A stretch of DNA of 64,000 nt from Dehalococcoidia bacterium (GCA_011174795.1 DUEY01000004.1:101-64100); one strand, 5' to 3'. Shown: positions 26,906 through 38,057, counted from the first letter of the stretch. The notes: a model not told the origin generated them from the letters alone. Translations and numbers: made by a program.

Positions 26906-29638
26906 CTACTTAAGCTCGTCCCAGTTCTTGCCTGTCCTGACGTCTATCTTCAGTGGGACGCTGAGCTTCATCGCATTGGGCATTATCTCCTGCACCAGCC
27001 CCTTCAGCTCCTTCTCTTCCTCACGGGGCAGCTCGAAGAGGAGCTCGTCATGCACCTGGAGCACCATCTTCGACTCCAGCCCCTTTTTATCCATCTCGCG
27101 TTGAATCTCAATCATCGCGACCTTGATGATATCGGCCGAGGTGCCCTGTACGGGCATATTTATCGCCATACGCTCCGCCGCCATCCTCACCTGGGCGTTG
27201 GAGGAGTTAATCTCGGGGATGTAGCGGCGCCTGCCCAGGACCGTCTGCACGTACCCTTTTCCCGCCGCTTCCCTCTTGGTGGCGTCGAGGTACTCCCTGA
27301 CCTTGCTGTATTTCTCGAAGTATGCCTTGATGAACTGCCCCGCCTCCTGCCGCGACAGCTCCGTGGCCTGCTCCAGCCCGTACTCGCTCATCCCGTAGAT
27401 GACGCCGAAATTAACCGTCTTCGCCAGCCGCCTCATGTCGGGGGTGACGTCGTCGAGCGGGACCCCGAATACCTGCGCCGCGGTGGTGGCGTGGATGTCC
27501 TCATCGTGAGCGAAGGCGTCGAGGAGTATAGGGTCCTGGGAGAGATGCGCCAGTGCGCGCAGGTCGATCTGTGAGTAGTCGGCAGAGAGGAGCAGCGCTG
27601 ATTCCTTCCCGGCGACGAAAGCCTTCCTCACCCGCCGTCCCTCCTCGGTGCGCACCGGGATGTTCTGCAGGTTGGGGTCGCTCGAGGAGAGCCTGCCGGT
27701 GGTGGTGCCTGTCTGGTTGAAAGTTGTATGTATCCTGCCCGTCTGCGGGTCGATCAGATTGGGAAGGGCATCCAGATAGGTCGATTTCAATTTCGATAAC
27801 TGGCGGTACTCAAGCAAGAGCCCTATAACAGGGTGCGCACCCTCCATCCTGTTCAACTCCTCCAGCACTTGGGCGCTTGTGGAGTAGCCGCCTTTCGTCT
27901 TCTTCATGCCGGGAAGCTGAAGTTGCTCGAAAAGTACGGCACCCAGCTGCTGGGTCGAGTTTATATTGAACCTCTTACCAACACTCTTGTATATGTCCTC
28001 CTCGACCTTTGCCAGCTTCTCGCCCATTTTCCACGACATGTCGCGGAGCATTGACGTGTCGAGGGCTACGCCGTTAATCTCCATCCGCAGTATAACCGGC
28101 AGCAGGGGCATCTCGACATCGGTGAACAACTGCCACAGCTCCTGCTCTTTAAGCTCCGCCTCCAGCAGCCTGCTCAGCCTGTTGGACATATCGGCATCGG
28201 CACAGGCATACTCGGCTACCCGGGGGATGTTCACCCAGGCCATTGAGACCTGTTTGGCTCCGGTTCCGATGAGTTCGCTGATGGGCGTCATCTCGATACC
28301 CAGCTTGGAGAACGACAGGGACTTCAGACCGAGCGATTTCTCTCCAAGCAGGTAGGCTGCGATCATGGTATCGAAGCCGAGGTTTTGCACGTTCACCCCG
28401 TACTTGAGGAGAACGGTCATATCGTATTTGCCGTTGTGAGCTATCTTGAACACCTTGCGGTTTTCCAGAAGCGGCTTCAGCCTGGATACGACCTGCTCCA
28501 AGGGAAGCTGGTCTCCTGACGAATGCCCGACGGGCAGGTACCACGCCTTTCCCGGCGCTGTGGACAGGGAGAAGCCGACCAGAGAAGCCTGCCTGGGGTC
28601 GAGTCCCGTGGTCTCGGTGTCGAAGGCGAATGAATCGGTCTGTGACAGCGTGTTGATGACCTCGTCAAGACCGTCAGTTGTGTCGACCACCCGGTAATCG
28701 GTGGCTTCCTTAGCCGCATGTGTCTCGATCTGGCCGGATTTTGCATCCTCGGCTATAGACTCGGGCAGCTTGGGAAGAAGGCTGGAGAACTCAAGCTCGC
28801 GGAAAAGACCGGTTACCTTGTCACGCTCGTAGTCGCTGACGCGGCAGGCATCGAGGTCCAAAGTTACAGGCACATCCATGACGATGGTGGCGAGTTCCTT
28901 GCTCTGCCTGGCCTCGTTTTCGTTCTCCTTCAGCACCTTCTGTGTCTTCTCGGGAGCAACCTCTTCGATGTGCTCGTAGATTTCATCGATGCTTTCGAAC
29001 TGCTGGAGCAGCTTTGTCGCGGTCTTCTCTCCGACGCCGGGGACGCCGGGGATGTTGTCCGAGGGGTCGCCCTTAAGACCCCTGAGGTCGGCAAGCTGCT
29101 GAGGCACCAGACCGTAGCGCTGCTCAATCGTTTCCTCGTCGTACATTATGGTGTCGCTGAATGTTTTCCCCGGGCGCGGTGTGAGTACGCGTACTTGCGG
29201 TGAGACAAGCTGGAAGGTATCGGTATCTCCGGTGACGATGATGGTGTCGACACCTTGCTCGCTTGCCTGCCGGGCTATGGTACCGATGATGTCATCCGCC
29301 TCGAAGCCATCCACCTCGAAGGCGGGGAGGTTGAACGCATCCACCAGCTCACGCACGCGTGTGAACTGGCGCTTGAGGTCTTCGGGAGCCGGGGGTCGGT
29401 GCGCCTTGTATGCCTCGAACTGCTTGTGCCTGAAGGTAGGGGCTGGGCTGTCGAAGGCGACCGCCCAGTGGGTTGGCTTGAGCTCCGAGACCACCTTGAG
29501 CAGCATGGAGGCGAAGCCGTAGACCGCACCGGTGGGCTCTCCCGTCCTGGTCACCGCAAGAGCGGGCAGGGCGTGGAAGGCGCGGTGAACCAGGGCGTGA
29601 CCGTCGAAGAGGAGAAGTAGCTGTTTCTGGGTCGGCAT
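26906..29638 (-). CDS. polA: DNA polymerase I
   Basis: 5'-nuclease N-terminus (LLLFDGHALVHRAFHA). Pol motifs are DYSQIDLRALAH, RRLAKTVNFGVIYG and QVHDELLFE. Confidence 0.95.
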   Translation of the reverse strand: MPTQKQLLLLFDGHALVHRAFHALPALAVTRTGEPTGAVYGFASMLLKVVSELKPTHWAVAFDSPAPTFRHKQFEAYKAHRPPAPEDLKRQFTRVRELVDAFNLPAFEVDGFEADDIIGTIARQASEQGVDTIIVTGDTDTFQLVSPQVRVLTPRPGKTFSDTIMYDEETIEQRYGLVPQQLADLRGLKGDPSDNIPGVPGVGEKTATKLLQQFESIDEIYEHIEEVAPEKTQKVLKENENEARQSKELATIVMDVPVTLDLDACRVSDYERDKVTGLFRELEFSSLLPKLPESIAEDAKSGQIETHAAKEATDYRVVDTTDGLDEVINTLSQTDSFAFDTETTGLDPRQASLVGFSLSTAPGKAWYLPVGHSSGDQLPLEQVVSRLKPLLENRKVFKIAHNGKYDMTVLLKYGVNVQNLGFDTMIAAYLLGEKSLGLKSLSFSKLGIEMTPISELIGTGAKQVSMAWVNIPRVAEYACADADMSNRLSRLLEAELKEQELWQLFTDVEMPLLPVILRMEINGVALDTSMLRDMSWKMGEKLAKVEEDIYKSVGKRFNINSTQQLGAVLFEQLQLPGMKKTKGGYSTSAQVLEELNRMEGAHPVIGLLLEYRQLSKLKSTYLDALPNLIDPQTGRIHTTFNQTGTTTGRLSSSDPNLQNIPVRTEEGRRVRKAFVAGKESALLLSADYSQIDLRALAHLSQDPILLDAFAHDEDIHATTAAQVFGVPLDDVTPDMRRLAKTVNFGVIYGMSEYGLEQATELSRQEAGQFIKAYFEKYSKVREYLDATKREAAGKGYVQTVLGRRRYIPEINSSNAQVRMAAERMAINMPVQGTSADIIKVAMIEIQREMDKKGLESKMVLQVHDELLFELPREEEKELKGLVQEIMPNAMKLSVPLKIDVRTGKNWDELK

Positions 29639-29746
29639 CTCACCACCGCCGTAAAGGGCTTTTGACTTGGGACGGAAGATAAACTATTATTTGAGCCTGG
29701 CTTTACTACACGGGTATTATATCAGAAAGACGGGGGAGGTGATATT

Positions 29747-30106
29747 TTGGTCAAGGTGGATAACCTCAGCTTTGGCGCGATAACAATTGGGGGAAGGAAA
29801 TACCGGCGCGACCTCCTCTTATTCCCCGATGGAACGCTGAAACGGAGAAAGGGAGGCTTCTGGATCTTCGGCAGCCATAACATCAAGAGGGAAGAGGTCG
29901 AGGAATTAACCAGTGCCGGTGCCGAGGAGATAGTCGTCGGGACGGGTACCAACGGGAGAGCCAGGCTGTCCGATGAAGCGAAGAGCTATGTCGAACAGGC
30001 TAAGCTGCAAATAAATACCTTACCCTCCCACGATGCTATCCCAGAGTTTAACCGTCTCGTCGACGCGGGAAAGAAGGTGGCGGCTTTAATCCATATAACC
30101 TGTTGA
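29747..30106 (+). CDS. Mth938-like (DUF498) domain protein
   Basis: TTG start after GGAGGTGA. FGAITIGGRKYRRDLLLFPDG ... IVVGTGTNG resembles Mth938/NDUFAF3-type proteins; this is recalled from memory only. Confidence 0.55.
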   Translation: MVKVDNLSFGAITIGGRKYRRDLLLFPDGTLKRRKGGFWIFGSHNIKREEVEELTSAGAEEIVVGTGTNGRARLSDEAKSYVEQAKLQINTLPSHDAIPEFNRLVDAGKKVAALIHITC

Positions 30107-30138
30107 GGCTTGCTATTCTTGTCTTGCAGGTATGGAAG

Positions 30139-30411
30139 TTAGTAAGTACCTTCGGCGGGTTCCTCACCGGGGTGTAAACCGCGCCACTTCGCCAGTAGTT
30201 GCTCTTTGGTTTCCTCGTGGTCGGGGTCGGGTACGCAGCAATCGACGGGGCAGACCTCGACGCACTTCGATTCCTCATGAGCGCCCACACACTCAGTGCA
30301 TCTGGCGGGGTCTACCACATAGATGGTATCGGCCTCGGTTATTGCCTGGTTCGGGCACTCGGGCTCGCATGCCCCGCAGCTTATGCACTCATCGGTAATC
30401 TTATAGGCCAT
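30139..30411 (-). CDS. 2x[4Fe-4S] ferredoxin
   Basis: [12 protein letters not shown] and [18 protein letters not shown]. Confidence 0.85.
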   Translation of the reverse strand: MAYKITDECISCGACEPECPNQAITEADTIYVVDPARCTECVGAHEESKCVEVCPVDCCVPDPDHEETKEQLLAKWRGLHPGEEPAEGTY

Positions 30412-30493
30412 CCTTTTTTCCCTCCTCGCAGCTTCGTTGGCCGTGCTGCTTCGCTTTCTTATCTCAAGTACAGGGTGCTTGCTATCATCATCA

Positions 30494-30991
30494 TTATTTC
30501 GGGGACTCTTGTGCTACGCCGAATTTCTTCGCCAGCGCAGTGTAAACATGCTGGGGGACGAGGTTTTTAATATCCCCTCCCAGTTCGCAGGCCTCCTTGA
30601 GCAGGCTGGAGCTGATAAACTGATATTCGAGGCTGGTCATGAGGCAGACCAGCTCAACATCGGGGCCAAGCTTCTTGTTCATCAGAGCCATCTCGAACTC
30701 GCGCTCGAAGTCGGAGCTCATCCTCAGACCGCGCACGATAACCTTGGCGTTCATCCGCTGGGCGAAATTGACGGTGAGTCCGGAGTAGGCTACCACCCTC
30801 ACGTTCGGCAGATGTTCGACCGCCTTCTTCATCAGGTCTACCCTCTCCTCGGTGCTGAACATGAGCGTTTTCTGGGGGACGTCATAGACGCAGATTATCA
30901 ATTCGTCAAATAGAGCAGCTGCTCGGTTGGCGATGTCGAGGTGCCCGTTGGTTACGGGGTCGAAACTTCCCGGGTAGATGGCTTTGGTCAA
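30494..30991 (-). CDS. coaD: Phosphopantetheine adenylyltransferase
   Basis: [17 protein letters not shown]. It overlaps the rsmD stop by 4 nt. Confidence 0.9.
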   Translation of the reverse strand: MTKAIYPGSFDPVTNGHLDIANRAAALFDELIICVYDVPQKTLMFSTEERVDLMKKAVEHLPNVRVVAYSGLTVNFAQRMNAKVIVRGLRMSSDFEREFEMALMNKKLGPDVELVCLMTSLEYQFISSSLLKEACELGGDIKNLVPQHVYTALAKKFGVAQESPK

Positions 30992-31560
30992 GACTCACCC
31001 TCAGTGTATTGATATACGGAGACAAGGGTATCGCCGTGATGGAGCTCTCTTACCTGGTGGAAACTGCCGAATCTTTCCTTCAGCGGTGTACGTCTTGAGT
31101 GTTCGATTACTATGGTCGACTCCTTCCCCACCAGTTTGGACGAGGCAAGCGCCTCCGCTACCCTGGCAATGGATGGGTCGTTATAGGGGGGGTCCATGAG
31201 AATTATACCGTACGCTCCTTCGAGGAAGGAAAGAGCCTTTTGCGCGCTCACACGATATACTTTGGCCTGGTTTTTGAAACCGGTACGGTCGAGGTTTTCC
31301 ATGATGAGGTTATACATCCGCGGGTTCTTCTCAACGAAATCCACCCACTCGGCTCCACGGCTGAGGGCTTCGATGCCGAGAGCACCTGTGCCGGCATAGA
31401 GGTCGAGCACTCTTGACCAATCGATAGCCACGGATTCCAGCATGGAGAAAATAGCTTCACGAACAAGGTCAGAAGTGGGACGGATGCCTGCCCCTTGTGG
31501 AGATTTCAAGCTGTGTCCTTTAGCCCTGCCCGCAACTACTCTCATCTTTTTAGCGAACAA
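30988..31560 (-). CDS. rsmD: 16S rRNA (guanine966-N2)-methyltransferase
   Basis: RPTSDLVREAIFSML, LDLYAGTGALGIEALSRGA, DPPY. Confidence 0.85.
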   Translation of the reverse strand: MFAKKMRVVAGRAKGHSLKSPQGAGIRPTSDLVREAIFSMLESVAIDWSRVLDLYAGTGALGIEALSRGAEWVDFVEKNPRMYNLIMENLDRTGFKNQAKVYRVSAQKALSFLEGAYGIILMDPPYNDPSIARVAEALASSKLVGKESTIVIEHSRRTPLKERFGSFHQVRELHHGDTLVSVYQYTEGES

Positions 31561-31646
31561 ACAAGATTATAACAGCGCTGAGCATTCAGTCAAGAGCACA
31601 ACGGCTCTGCTTCCTCACTGTTATACGTGATAAACGGAAATCACCT

Positions 31647-33362
31647 TCACTTCTCTCCCCGCTTCTCCCCTGCCCTTTTAGCCTCTTCCTCCTCCATCAG
31701 TACGCGGCGCAGCACCTTGCCGATGGGGGTCTTGGGCAGGCGCTCCCGGAATTCCACCAACTTCGGCACCTTGAAGCGCGCCAGGCGCTCCCGGCAGAAC
31801 GCTATGATCTCCTCTTCGGTAGCAGTTTCCCCCTCCTTGAGCACTATGGCTACCTTCACCGTCTGCCCGCGGTAGGGGTCGGGGACGCCGTAGCAGACCG
31901 CTTCCTTTATCTTAGGATGTTCATAGAGAACCTCCTCGATATCGCGGGGGTAGACGTTAAAGCCGCCCGCCAGTATCATCTCCTTCTTGCGGTCGACGAT
32001 TCTGAAGAAGCCGTCCTCGTCCATCGTAGCTAGGTCGCCGGTATAGAGCCAGCCGTTGCGCAGAACCATCTCCGTCTCTTCAGGACGGTTCCAGTAGCCC
32101 TTCATTACCTGGGGAGCCCTGACAGCAAGCTCACCGACCTCGCCCGTGGGCATCTCCTTCTCTCCCGTCTCCATGTCCATTATCTTTGCCTCCACGTCGG
32201 GGAACGGCACCCCGATGCTCCCTATCTTGCGCTTTCCGGTCAGCGGATTGCAGTGCGTGACAACGGTCGTCTCGCTGAGCCCGTAACCTTCCACCAGCCT
32301 GCCGCCGGTGATCTCTTCGAACCTCTGCTGTACCTCCACTGGAAGCGGCGCGGCGCCGCTGACACAGGCCTTGATGGAACGCAGGTCATATTTACTAACT
32401 TTGGGGTGGTTGTTGATAGCGACATACATGGTAGGCACGCCGGGGAAGAAGATCGGCTTGTACTGGTTGATGGCCTTGAGCACCTGCTCGGTTTCGAAGC
32501 GGGGCAGCAGCACCATTGCCGAGCCGATTGCTATGGAGGTGTGCATTACCGTTATCATGCCGTACACATGGAAGAGGGGCATTACCCCGAGCACCACCTC
32601 CTCACCCTCCTTGAAGTTTATGGGGCCACCCCAGGCTTTCAACTGGAGCATATTGGCGATTACGGCACGGTGCGTGGCTACTGCCGCTTTGCTGAGACCG
32701 GTGGTTCCACCGGTGTACTGAAACAGGGCGTTATCGCTGGGGGTAACGGTTACAGGGGGTGGTGTGGGCTCAAAGCGTTTTAGAAGCTGCTGGAATGGAT
32801 AGGTATTGGTCGTCATCGAGATATCCGCACGGTGACCTTCCTTCTTCTCGCGGAGGAGGGTGAAGAGCAGCCTGCTGGGCTGGGGAAGGTACTCCTTGAT
32901 ATTGGTTACCACAAGGTTCCTCAGGCTGGTTCGCCCTTTGATTCCCGCCACGGTATTGTAGAAGAGGCTGAGGAGGATGATGGTCTCAGCGCCGCAATCG
33001 TTGAGCTGGAACTCCATCTCGCGCGGCGAGTACAGGGGGTTGGTGGCCACCACGATGCCCCCGGCCTTGAGGACTGCGTAGTAGCTGATAACGAACTGGG
33101 GGCAGTTAGGCAGAAGCAGTGCTACCCTGTCGCCCTTCCTGACCCCCAGCTGGATAAGGGCGTTCGCCAGACGGTTCACCTGCCGGTCGAGCTCAGCGAA
33201 GCTCATTCGGTGGGCATCCCCGAACCGGCCGGGGAAGATTATGGCGGTTTGCCCGGGGAAACGGTGTGCCGAATCCTCCAGCAGTTGATGCAATGCAAGC
33301 TCGGGGTACTCGATGGTATGGGGGACGCCGGGGTCGTAATGCTTCAGCCATATCCTCTCCAT
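31647..33362 (-). CDS. Long-chain acyl-CoA ligase (AMP-forming)
   Basis: AMP-binding motifs YTGGTTGLSKAA, GYGLSET, YTGDLA and the terminal PKTPIGKVLRR. Confidence 0.85.
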   Translation of the reverse strand: MERIWLKHYDPGVPHTIEYPELALHQLLEDSAHRFPGQTAIIFPGRFGDAHRMSFAELDRQVNRLANALIQLGVRKGDRVALLLPNCPQFVISYYAVLKAGGIVVATNPLYSPREMEFQLNDCGAETIILLSLFYNTVAGIKGRTSLRNLVVTNIKEYLPQPSRLLFTLLREKKEGHRADISMTTNTYPFQQLLKRFEPTPPPVTVTPSDNALFQYTGGTTGLSKAAVATHRAVIANMLQLKAWGGPINFKEGEEVVLGVMPLFHVYGMITVMHTSIAIGSAMVLLPRFETEQVLKAINQYKPIFFPGVPTMYVAINNHPKVSKYDLRSIKACVSGAAPLPVEVQQRFEEITGGRLVEGYGLSETTVVTHCNPLTGKRKIGSIGVPFPDVEAKIMDMETGEKEMPTGEVGELAVRAPQVMKGYWNRPEETEMVLRNGWLYTGDLATMDEDGFFRIVDRKKEMILAGGFNVYPRDIEEVLYEHPKIKEAVCYGVPDPYRGQTVKVAIVLKEGETATEEEIIAFCRERLARFKVPKLVEFRERLPKTPIGKVLRRVLMEEEEAKRAGEKRGEK

Positions 33363-33391
33363 GGTTCCATCCCTTCATCCCCGCAAACGGT

Positions 33392-34189
33392 CTACTCCAT
33401 CTTACGCGTCTCGGATATAAGCAGGTCGAGCGTGCCCTTGATAATGATCGATGGACGGTACTCCTTCACCACCAGTGTTCGCAGCCCCTTGATGATATGG
33501 GCGGAGGTGGGAGCTTGTTCCCAGGACGTTTCGAAGAAGCGGTGAGAGCCTTCACCGAGCCAAGCCTCCTCTATGCCCAGCTTATACGGAATGAGGGTGG
33601 GGTAGCTTACCTCCGGGCCGCTCCAGTCCGGCTTGGGGATAAACTTCCAGCCCATCCAGTAACTCTGTTCCGACATCTGCTCGATAAGCTGCATCGATGA
33701 CTCATCGAGCTTAGTCGTATTTGTTATCCCCCCTTCCGCGAGGCGTGTGCCGTACAGAGAGCAGTGAAAACGCCAGTCGTTGCCCTCCTGCTGCGGGTCG
33801 GGGATATCGGCGAAAATCTTTGGTGTACCCAGTAGCTCTCGCCCCTGGAGTATGGGCTGGGTATCGTTTTCCCACAGTAAGACGGCGTAGTTGCCTGCCA
33901 GATGGTCCTTCTTTCCATTGAACACAACTGACAGGTTGACCCCTACGATGTTGTAGTCGCGTCCCGCCATGAAATCGACATCCCTGCTCATCTGGAAGTA
34001 GACCTGGACCGAAGGCTCGTCGGCTGGCTCGAAAGGTTCCGGCAGCAGGGCGGCCATGGCGTCCTTGTCGGTGACATACAGGACAATAAGCTGGGTTATG
34101 CTGCCGTAGTGCGAAACTGGCTTGTACCACGCCGGGCCGAAGTCCGCCGGCATGAGACAGCCCGGCCCGGGTTTGAACATCTGCGTCAT
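33392..34189 (-). CDS. Acetoacetate-decarboxylase-family (ADC-fold) protein
   Basis: TDKDAMAALLPEPFEPADEP and QGRELLGTPK resemble the clostridial Adc segments TDMDALRKVVPEPLEIDEP and VGRELSAYPKK, recalled from memory. Confidence 0.65.
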   Translation of the reverse strand: MTQMFKPGPGCLMPADFGPAWYKPVSHYGSITQLIVLYVTDKDAMAALLPEPFEPADEPSVQVYFQMSRDVDFMAGRDYNIVGVNLSVVFNGKKDHLAGNYAVLLWENDTQPILQGRELLGTPKIFADIPDPQQEGNDWRFHCSLYGTRLAEGGITNTTKLDESSMQLIEQMSEQSYWMGWKFIPKPDWSGPEVSYPTLIPYKLGIEEAWLGEGSHRFFETSWEQAPTSAHIIKGLRTLVVKEYRPSIIIKGTLDLLISETRKME

Positions 34190-34231
34190 CGGCGTCTCCT
34201 TTTTCCCGATATACTTGCCTAAAACGTGTTC

Positions 34232-35023
34232 TTAAGCCGGGCCCATCGACTGCAAGATGAAGCGGTTCATGGGATGAGCGAGGGTTGCTCCTCCATCGAT
34301 TACAATCGTCTGTCCCGTTATATAGCCCGCTCCCGGGGAAGCCAGAAAAGCCGCGAGTTCAGCTACATCCTCGGGCTCACCGTATCTGAGCACCGGTATC
34401 TCCTTATAGAAATCCGGTGAAATCTCTATCAGCATATTCCCTATTGCCGTCCTTATGAGACCCGGTGCGATGGCATTAACAGTGATTCCACGGTGCGCCA
34501 CCTCCAGCGCTGTCGTTGAGGTGAAAGCGTTTATCGCCGCCTTCGCGGCAGCGTAGTGAGTGCCGAGAACCCGGCCTGTAATCCCATCTACCGATGAGAT
34601 GTTGATTATCCTGTCCCCTTCCTTCATTGATTTTATAACGGCCCTGGAGAAGAAGAACGTACCGTTGAGGTGAATATTCAGTAGACGCAGCCATTCCTCA
34701 GTAGCCATATTGGCAAGGAAATTGGCCCCGGCGATACCGGCGCAGTTGACTAGGATACTCACGTTCCCCAGCTTTTCCTCCGTTTCCTTGACCGACCGGT
34801 TGACCTGTTCCTCGTTGCTGACGTCGCATTCAATCGCCACAGCCCTGCCCTTAGCATCTTCCACCTCTTTCGCTACTGCCTTTGCACCTTCCAGGTTAAC
34901 ATCGACCACGGATACCATCGCTCCCTGCCGCGCAAGCTGCAAAGCAATGGCTCTGCCGATGCCCGAAGCGGCCCCGGTTACCAGGGCGACCCTTCCAGTG
35001 AGCGCTCCCTGCATTCTTTGCAC
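34232..35023 (-). CDS. Short-chain dehydrogenase/reductase (FabG-like)
   Basis: TGAASGIGRA, NCAGI, and the YAAAK catalytic motif. Confidence 0.85.
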   Translation of the reverse strand: MQRMQGALTGRVALVTGAASGIGRAIALQLARQGAMVSVVDVNLEGAKAVAKEVEDAKGRAVAIECDVSNEEQVNRSVKETEEKLGNVSILVNCAGIAGANFLANMATEEWLRLLNIHLNGTFFFSRAVIKSMKEGDRIINISSVDGITGRVLGTHYAAAKAAINAFTSTTALEVAHRGITVNAIAPGLIRTAIGNMLIEISPDFYKEIPVLRYGEPEDVAELAAFLASPGAGYITGQTIVIDGGATLAHPMNRFILQSMGPA

Positions 35024-35056
35024 ATCCTTTCTTGTTTAAAATCGGCTATCGCCGTA

Positions 35057-36844
35057 TCAGCAGGTGTACTTTCCTACCTCTATAATCTCGTCGGCAATAC
35101 CACGCCTCAGTTGCACGCTGTTAAGCGGGGTGGACTGCATGGCCTTCTCCAGCATCGCAAGTTGATTATCGAGTGCTTCGCCTGTCTCCATTGCTGCCGA
35201 TACCTGGCGCGCGTAACCGTTAATTCTGATCATGGCATCGTTTACATAAAGCTGCACCATGTCTATCTTCATCTTCGATTGCTGCTCGCCCACAGAATCT
35301 ATGGACTTGAGCGCTCTTAAAAGGCCGCTATCCATGGCGTAAATCTCCTGGGCGGTGTCGGCGAGCAGGCCAAGAACCTCCTGTTCTTCTTCTATGCCCA
35401 TTCCGTACTTCTGCGCCGCAGCATTGCACAGGTACAGGAATATCCTCTTCGCTCTCTCCACGAGCCTGCGATGGTATCCCAGGGGCCCGTTATCAGGACT
35501 GGGGGAGAGGGGTTCCATCGCCGGCAATGCTTCACCGGCTTTCGCTCCCTCAGAGAACAGGGGTATCTCATTCTTCAACGCCTTCCTCATCAGAAATCCC
35601 GTTATGATGACCCTGTTAATCTCATTTGTTCCTTCAAATATCCTGAATATACGGCAATCACGATATACCCTCTCCGCGGGGTAGTCCTCACAATATCCAT
35701 AGCCCCCGTACATCTGGACTGCCTCATCGGCTACGTAGTCCAGCATCTCTGAGCAGTAGACCTTGTTGATGGAGCACTCGATAGCGTACTCCCCAATGCT
35801 CTTGGCATTCTGTTGGCCGGCGTCCTCGGCTGCCCTGTCCACAGTGGCCAGTATCCTATCGATGAGCCCGCCTGTGCGGTAGACCATACTCTCGGATATG
35901 TACGTCCTTGTCGCCATCTCGGCAATCTTGTGTTTCATCAGCCCGAACTGGCATATCGGCTTGCCGAACTGTACCCTTTCCTTGGCATATCCCACACTGT
36001 TTTCCATGGATAGCTTGGCTAGCCCCACACACCCCGCCGCCAGCTTGAACCTGCCGAGGTTGAGGATGTTGAAGGCAACCTGGTGCCCCTTTCCAATTTC
36101 GAAGAGGACGTTCTCCACAGGGACTTTGGCGCCGTCGAGGAAGATGCTGCAGGTGGAACTGCCGCGAATACCCAGCTTCTTCTCCTCCGCCCCGGTGGAC
36201 ACTCCCTCGAAGTCACTCTCCACAATAAAGGCGGTCATCTTGTCTCCATCGACTTTGGCGTAGGTAAAGATTATGTCGGCAAAGCCGCCATTGGTGACGT
36301 ACTGCTTGGTGCCATCGAGCGTGTAGTATGTACCGTCCGGCGACAGGAATGCAGTGGTTTGTATCGAGAGTGCATCGGTACCTGCTCCCGGCTCCGTCAG
36401 AGCGTAGGCTCCGATCTTCTCGCCCCGCGCCAGGGAAGGCAGATACTTCTCTTTCTGCGCACTGTTGCCGAAGAAGACCAGTGGCATCGAGCCTATCCCT
36501 GTATGGTCATTTACAGTTACGCCGAAGGAGCCCGATAATGACGAATTCTCAACGATTAACAGGGAGGCTATGCTGTCCATATGTGAGCCGCCGTATTTAT
36601 CCTCGATGTCCACCCCCAGCAGCCCCAGTTCCCCCGCTTTTAGCATCAACTGGCGAGTAATTTCGAAGTCCTTATTCTCTATTTCTTCCTTATGGGGTAC
36701 CACCTCGTTCTTAATGAAGCGTACTGCGGTTCTGACAATCATCTGGTGCTCGTCACTGAAGTCCTCGGGGGTGAACACATCTGCGGCGGGCACCTCTTCG
36801 AGTAAAAACGAGCCGCCTTTTCGTATCACCTTCTCTGCCATCAT
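35057..36844 (-). CDS. Acyl-CoA dehydrogenase (long form with C-terminal extension)
   Basis: ALTEPGAGTDA, GGYGYCEDYPAERVYRDCRIFRIFEGTNEI. Confidence 0.85.
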   Translation of the reverse strand: MMAEKVIRKGGSFLLEEVPAADVFTPEDFSDEHQMIVRTAVRFIKNEVVPHKEEIENKDFEITRQLMLKAGELGLLGVDIEDKYGGSHMDSIASLLIVENSSLSGSFGVTVNDHTGIGSMPLVFFGNSAQKEKYLPSLARGEKIGAYALTEPGAGTDALSIQTTAFLSPDGTYYTLDGTKQYVTNGGFADIIFTYAKVDGDKMTAFIVESDFEGVSTGAEEKKLGIRGSSTCSIFLDGAKVPVENVLFEIGKGHQVAFNILNLGRFKLAAGCVGLAKLSMENSVGYAKERVQFGKPICQFGLMKHKIAEMATRTYISESMVYRTGGLIDRILATVDRAAEDAGQQNAKSIGEYAIECSINKVYCSEMLDYVADEAVQMYGGYGYCEDYPAERVYRDCRIFRIFEGTNEINRVIITGFLMRKALKNEIPLFSEGAKAGEALPAMEPLSPSPDNGPLGYHRRLVERAKRIFLYLCNAAAQKYGMGIEEEQEVLGLLADTAQEIYAMDSGLLRALKSIDSVGEQQSKMKIDMVQLYVNDAMIRINGYARQVSAAMETGEALDNQLAMLEKAMQSTPLNSVQLRRGIADEIIEVGKYTC

Positions 36845-36857
36845 TGCCTCCTGCTAC

Positions 36858-38039
36858 CTAGTTTTCTCTTTCTAAAACGCCCGCTGCCCCCATGCCCCCT
36901 CCTGTGCACATGGTGACAACTCCGTACCTGGCATTCCGCCGCTCCATCTCATAGAGCAGCTTGGTGGTAAGATATACCCCGGTGCAGCCCAGGGGATGAC
37001 CCAGAGCGATGGAGCCTCCGTTGACATTCAGCCTGGCGGCATCGATGCCAAGGTTATTGACCACATAGAGCGATTGGGAGGCGAACGCTTCGTTGAGCTC
37101 TATGAGGTCAATCCGGTCGAGGGAAAGCCCGGCGGATTTCAATGCCCTGGGAACAGCTACCACCGGTCCTATCCCCATAATCTCCGGATCCACCCCCCCT
37201 ACGCCGTATGACCTGAAGACGGCCATAGGCTTCAGCCCCAGTTCCTGCGCCCGCTCGCGGGACATGATAACGGTGGCTGCCGCTCCGTCGTTCAGCGGGC
37301 AGGAGTTGCCCGCCGTTACCGAGCCCCCGGCGCGGAACATCGGCCGCAATTTGGAGAGCTTCTCCAGGGAGGTGTCGAATCTCACGCATTCGTCTGTGTC
37401 GAAGACCCTCTCCCGGCTTACTGCTTTTCCATCCTCGAAAGCCCGGTCTATTACATTGATGGGGAGGATTTGCTCATTGAATACACCCTCATCGAGGGCT
37501 TTTATCGCCTTGCGGTGGCTCTCGAAGGCGAAGGCATCCTGGTCCTCCCTGCTTATATTGAACCGCTGGGCTACGTTCTCCGCGGTGAGCCCCATGGTAA
37601 TATATGCTGCGGGCAGCGCCTGTATCAGCTCTGGGTCGGGCAGTGGCCTGTTGCCCCCCATTGGCACCAGGGTCATGTGCTCTACCCCCGCCGCTACTAT
37701 CACCTCGGCGAAGCCGCACATAATTCGCTGGCAGGCGATGGCGATGGCCTCGAGACCGGAGGAACAGTACCGGTTCACCGTCATCCCTGGCACCTCGGAG
37801 GAGAGCCCCGCCTTGAGGGCGATGATCCGGCCCAGGTTCATCCCCATCTCCGCCTCGGGAAAGGAGCAGCCCATGATCAGGTCGTCTATGCTCCCGGGGT
37901 CCAACCCCTTCGCCCTTCCGACCGCTTCCTTGACCACCTCCGCGGCTGTGTGCTCCGGCCTTGTGTTTATCAGGGCTCCCGTCAGTGCCCTCCCTATGGC
38001 AGTCCTCACCGCCGATACTATGACTGCTTCCCTCATCAT
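36858..38039 (-). CDS. Acetyl-CoA C-acyltransferase (classical thiolase)
   Basis: VNRYCSSGLEAI, NEAFASQ, GHPLGCTG, and the CTGGGMG C-terminus. Confidence 0.9.
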   Translation of the reverse strand: MMREAVIVSAVRTAIGRALTGALINTRPEHTAAEVVKEAVGRAKGLDPGSIDDLIMGCSFPEAEMGMNLGRIIALKAGLSSEVPGMTVNRYCSSGLEAIAIACQRIMCGFAEVIVAAGVEHMTLVPMGGNRPLPDPELIQALPAAYITMGLTAENVAQRFNISREDQDAFAFESHRKAIKALDEGVFNEQILPINVIDRAFEDGKAVSRERVFDTDECVRFDTSLEKLSKLRPMFRAGGSVTAGNSCPLNDGAAATVIMSRERAQELGLKPMAVFRSYGVGGVDPEIMGIGPVVAVPRALKSAGLSLDRIDLIELNEAFASQSLYVVNNLGIDAARLNVNGGSIALGHPLGCTGVYLTTKLLYEMERRNARYGVVTMCTGGGMGAAGVLEREN

Positions 38040-38057
38040 ATCTCCTCGCCGTCGGGA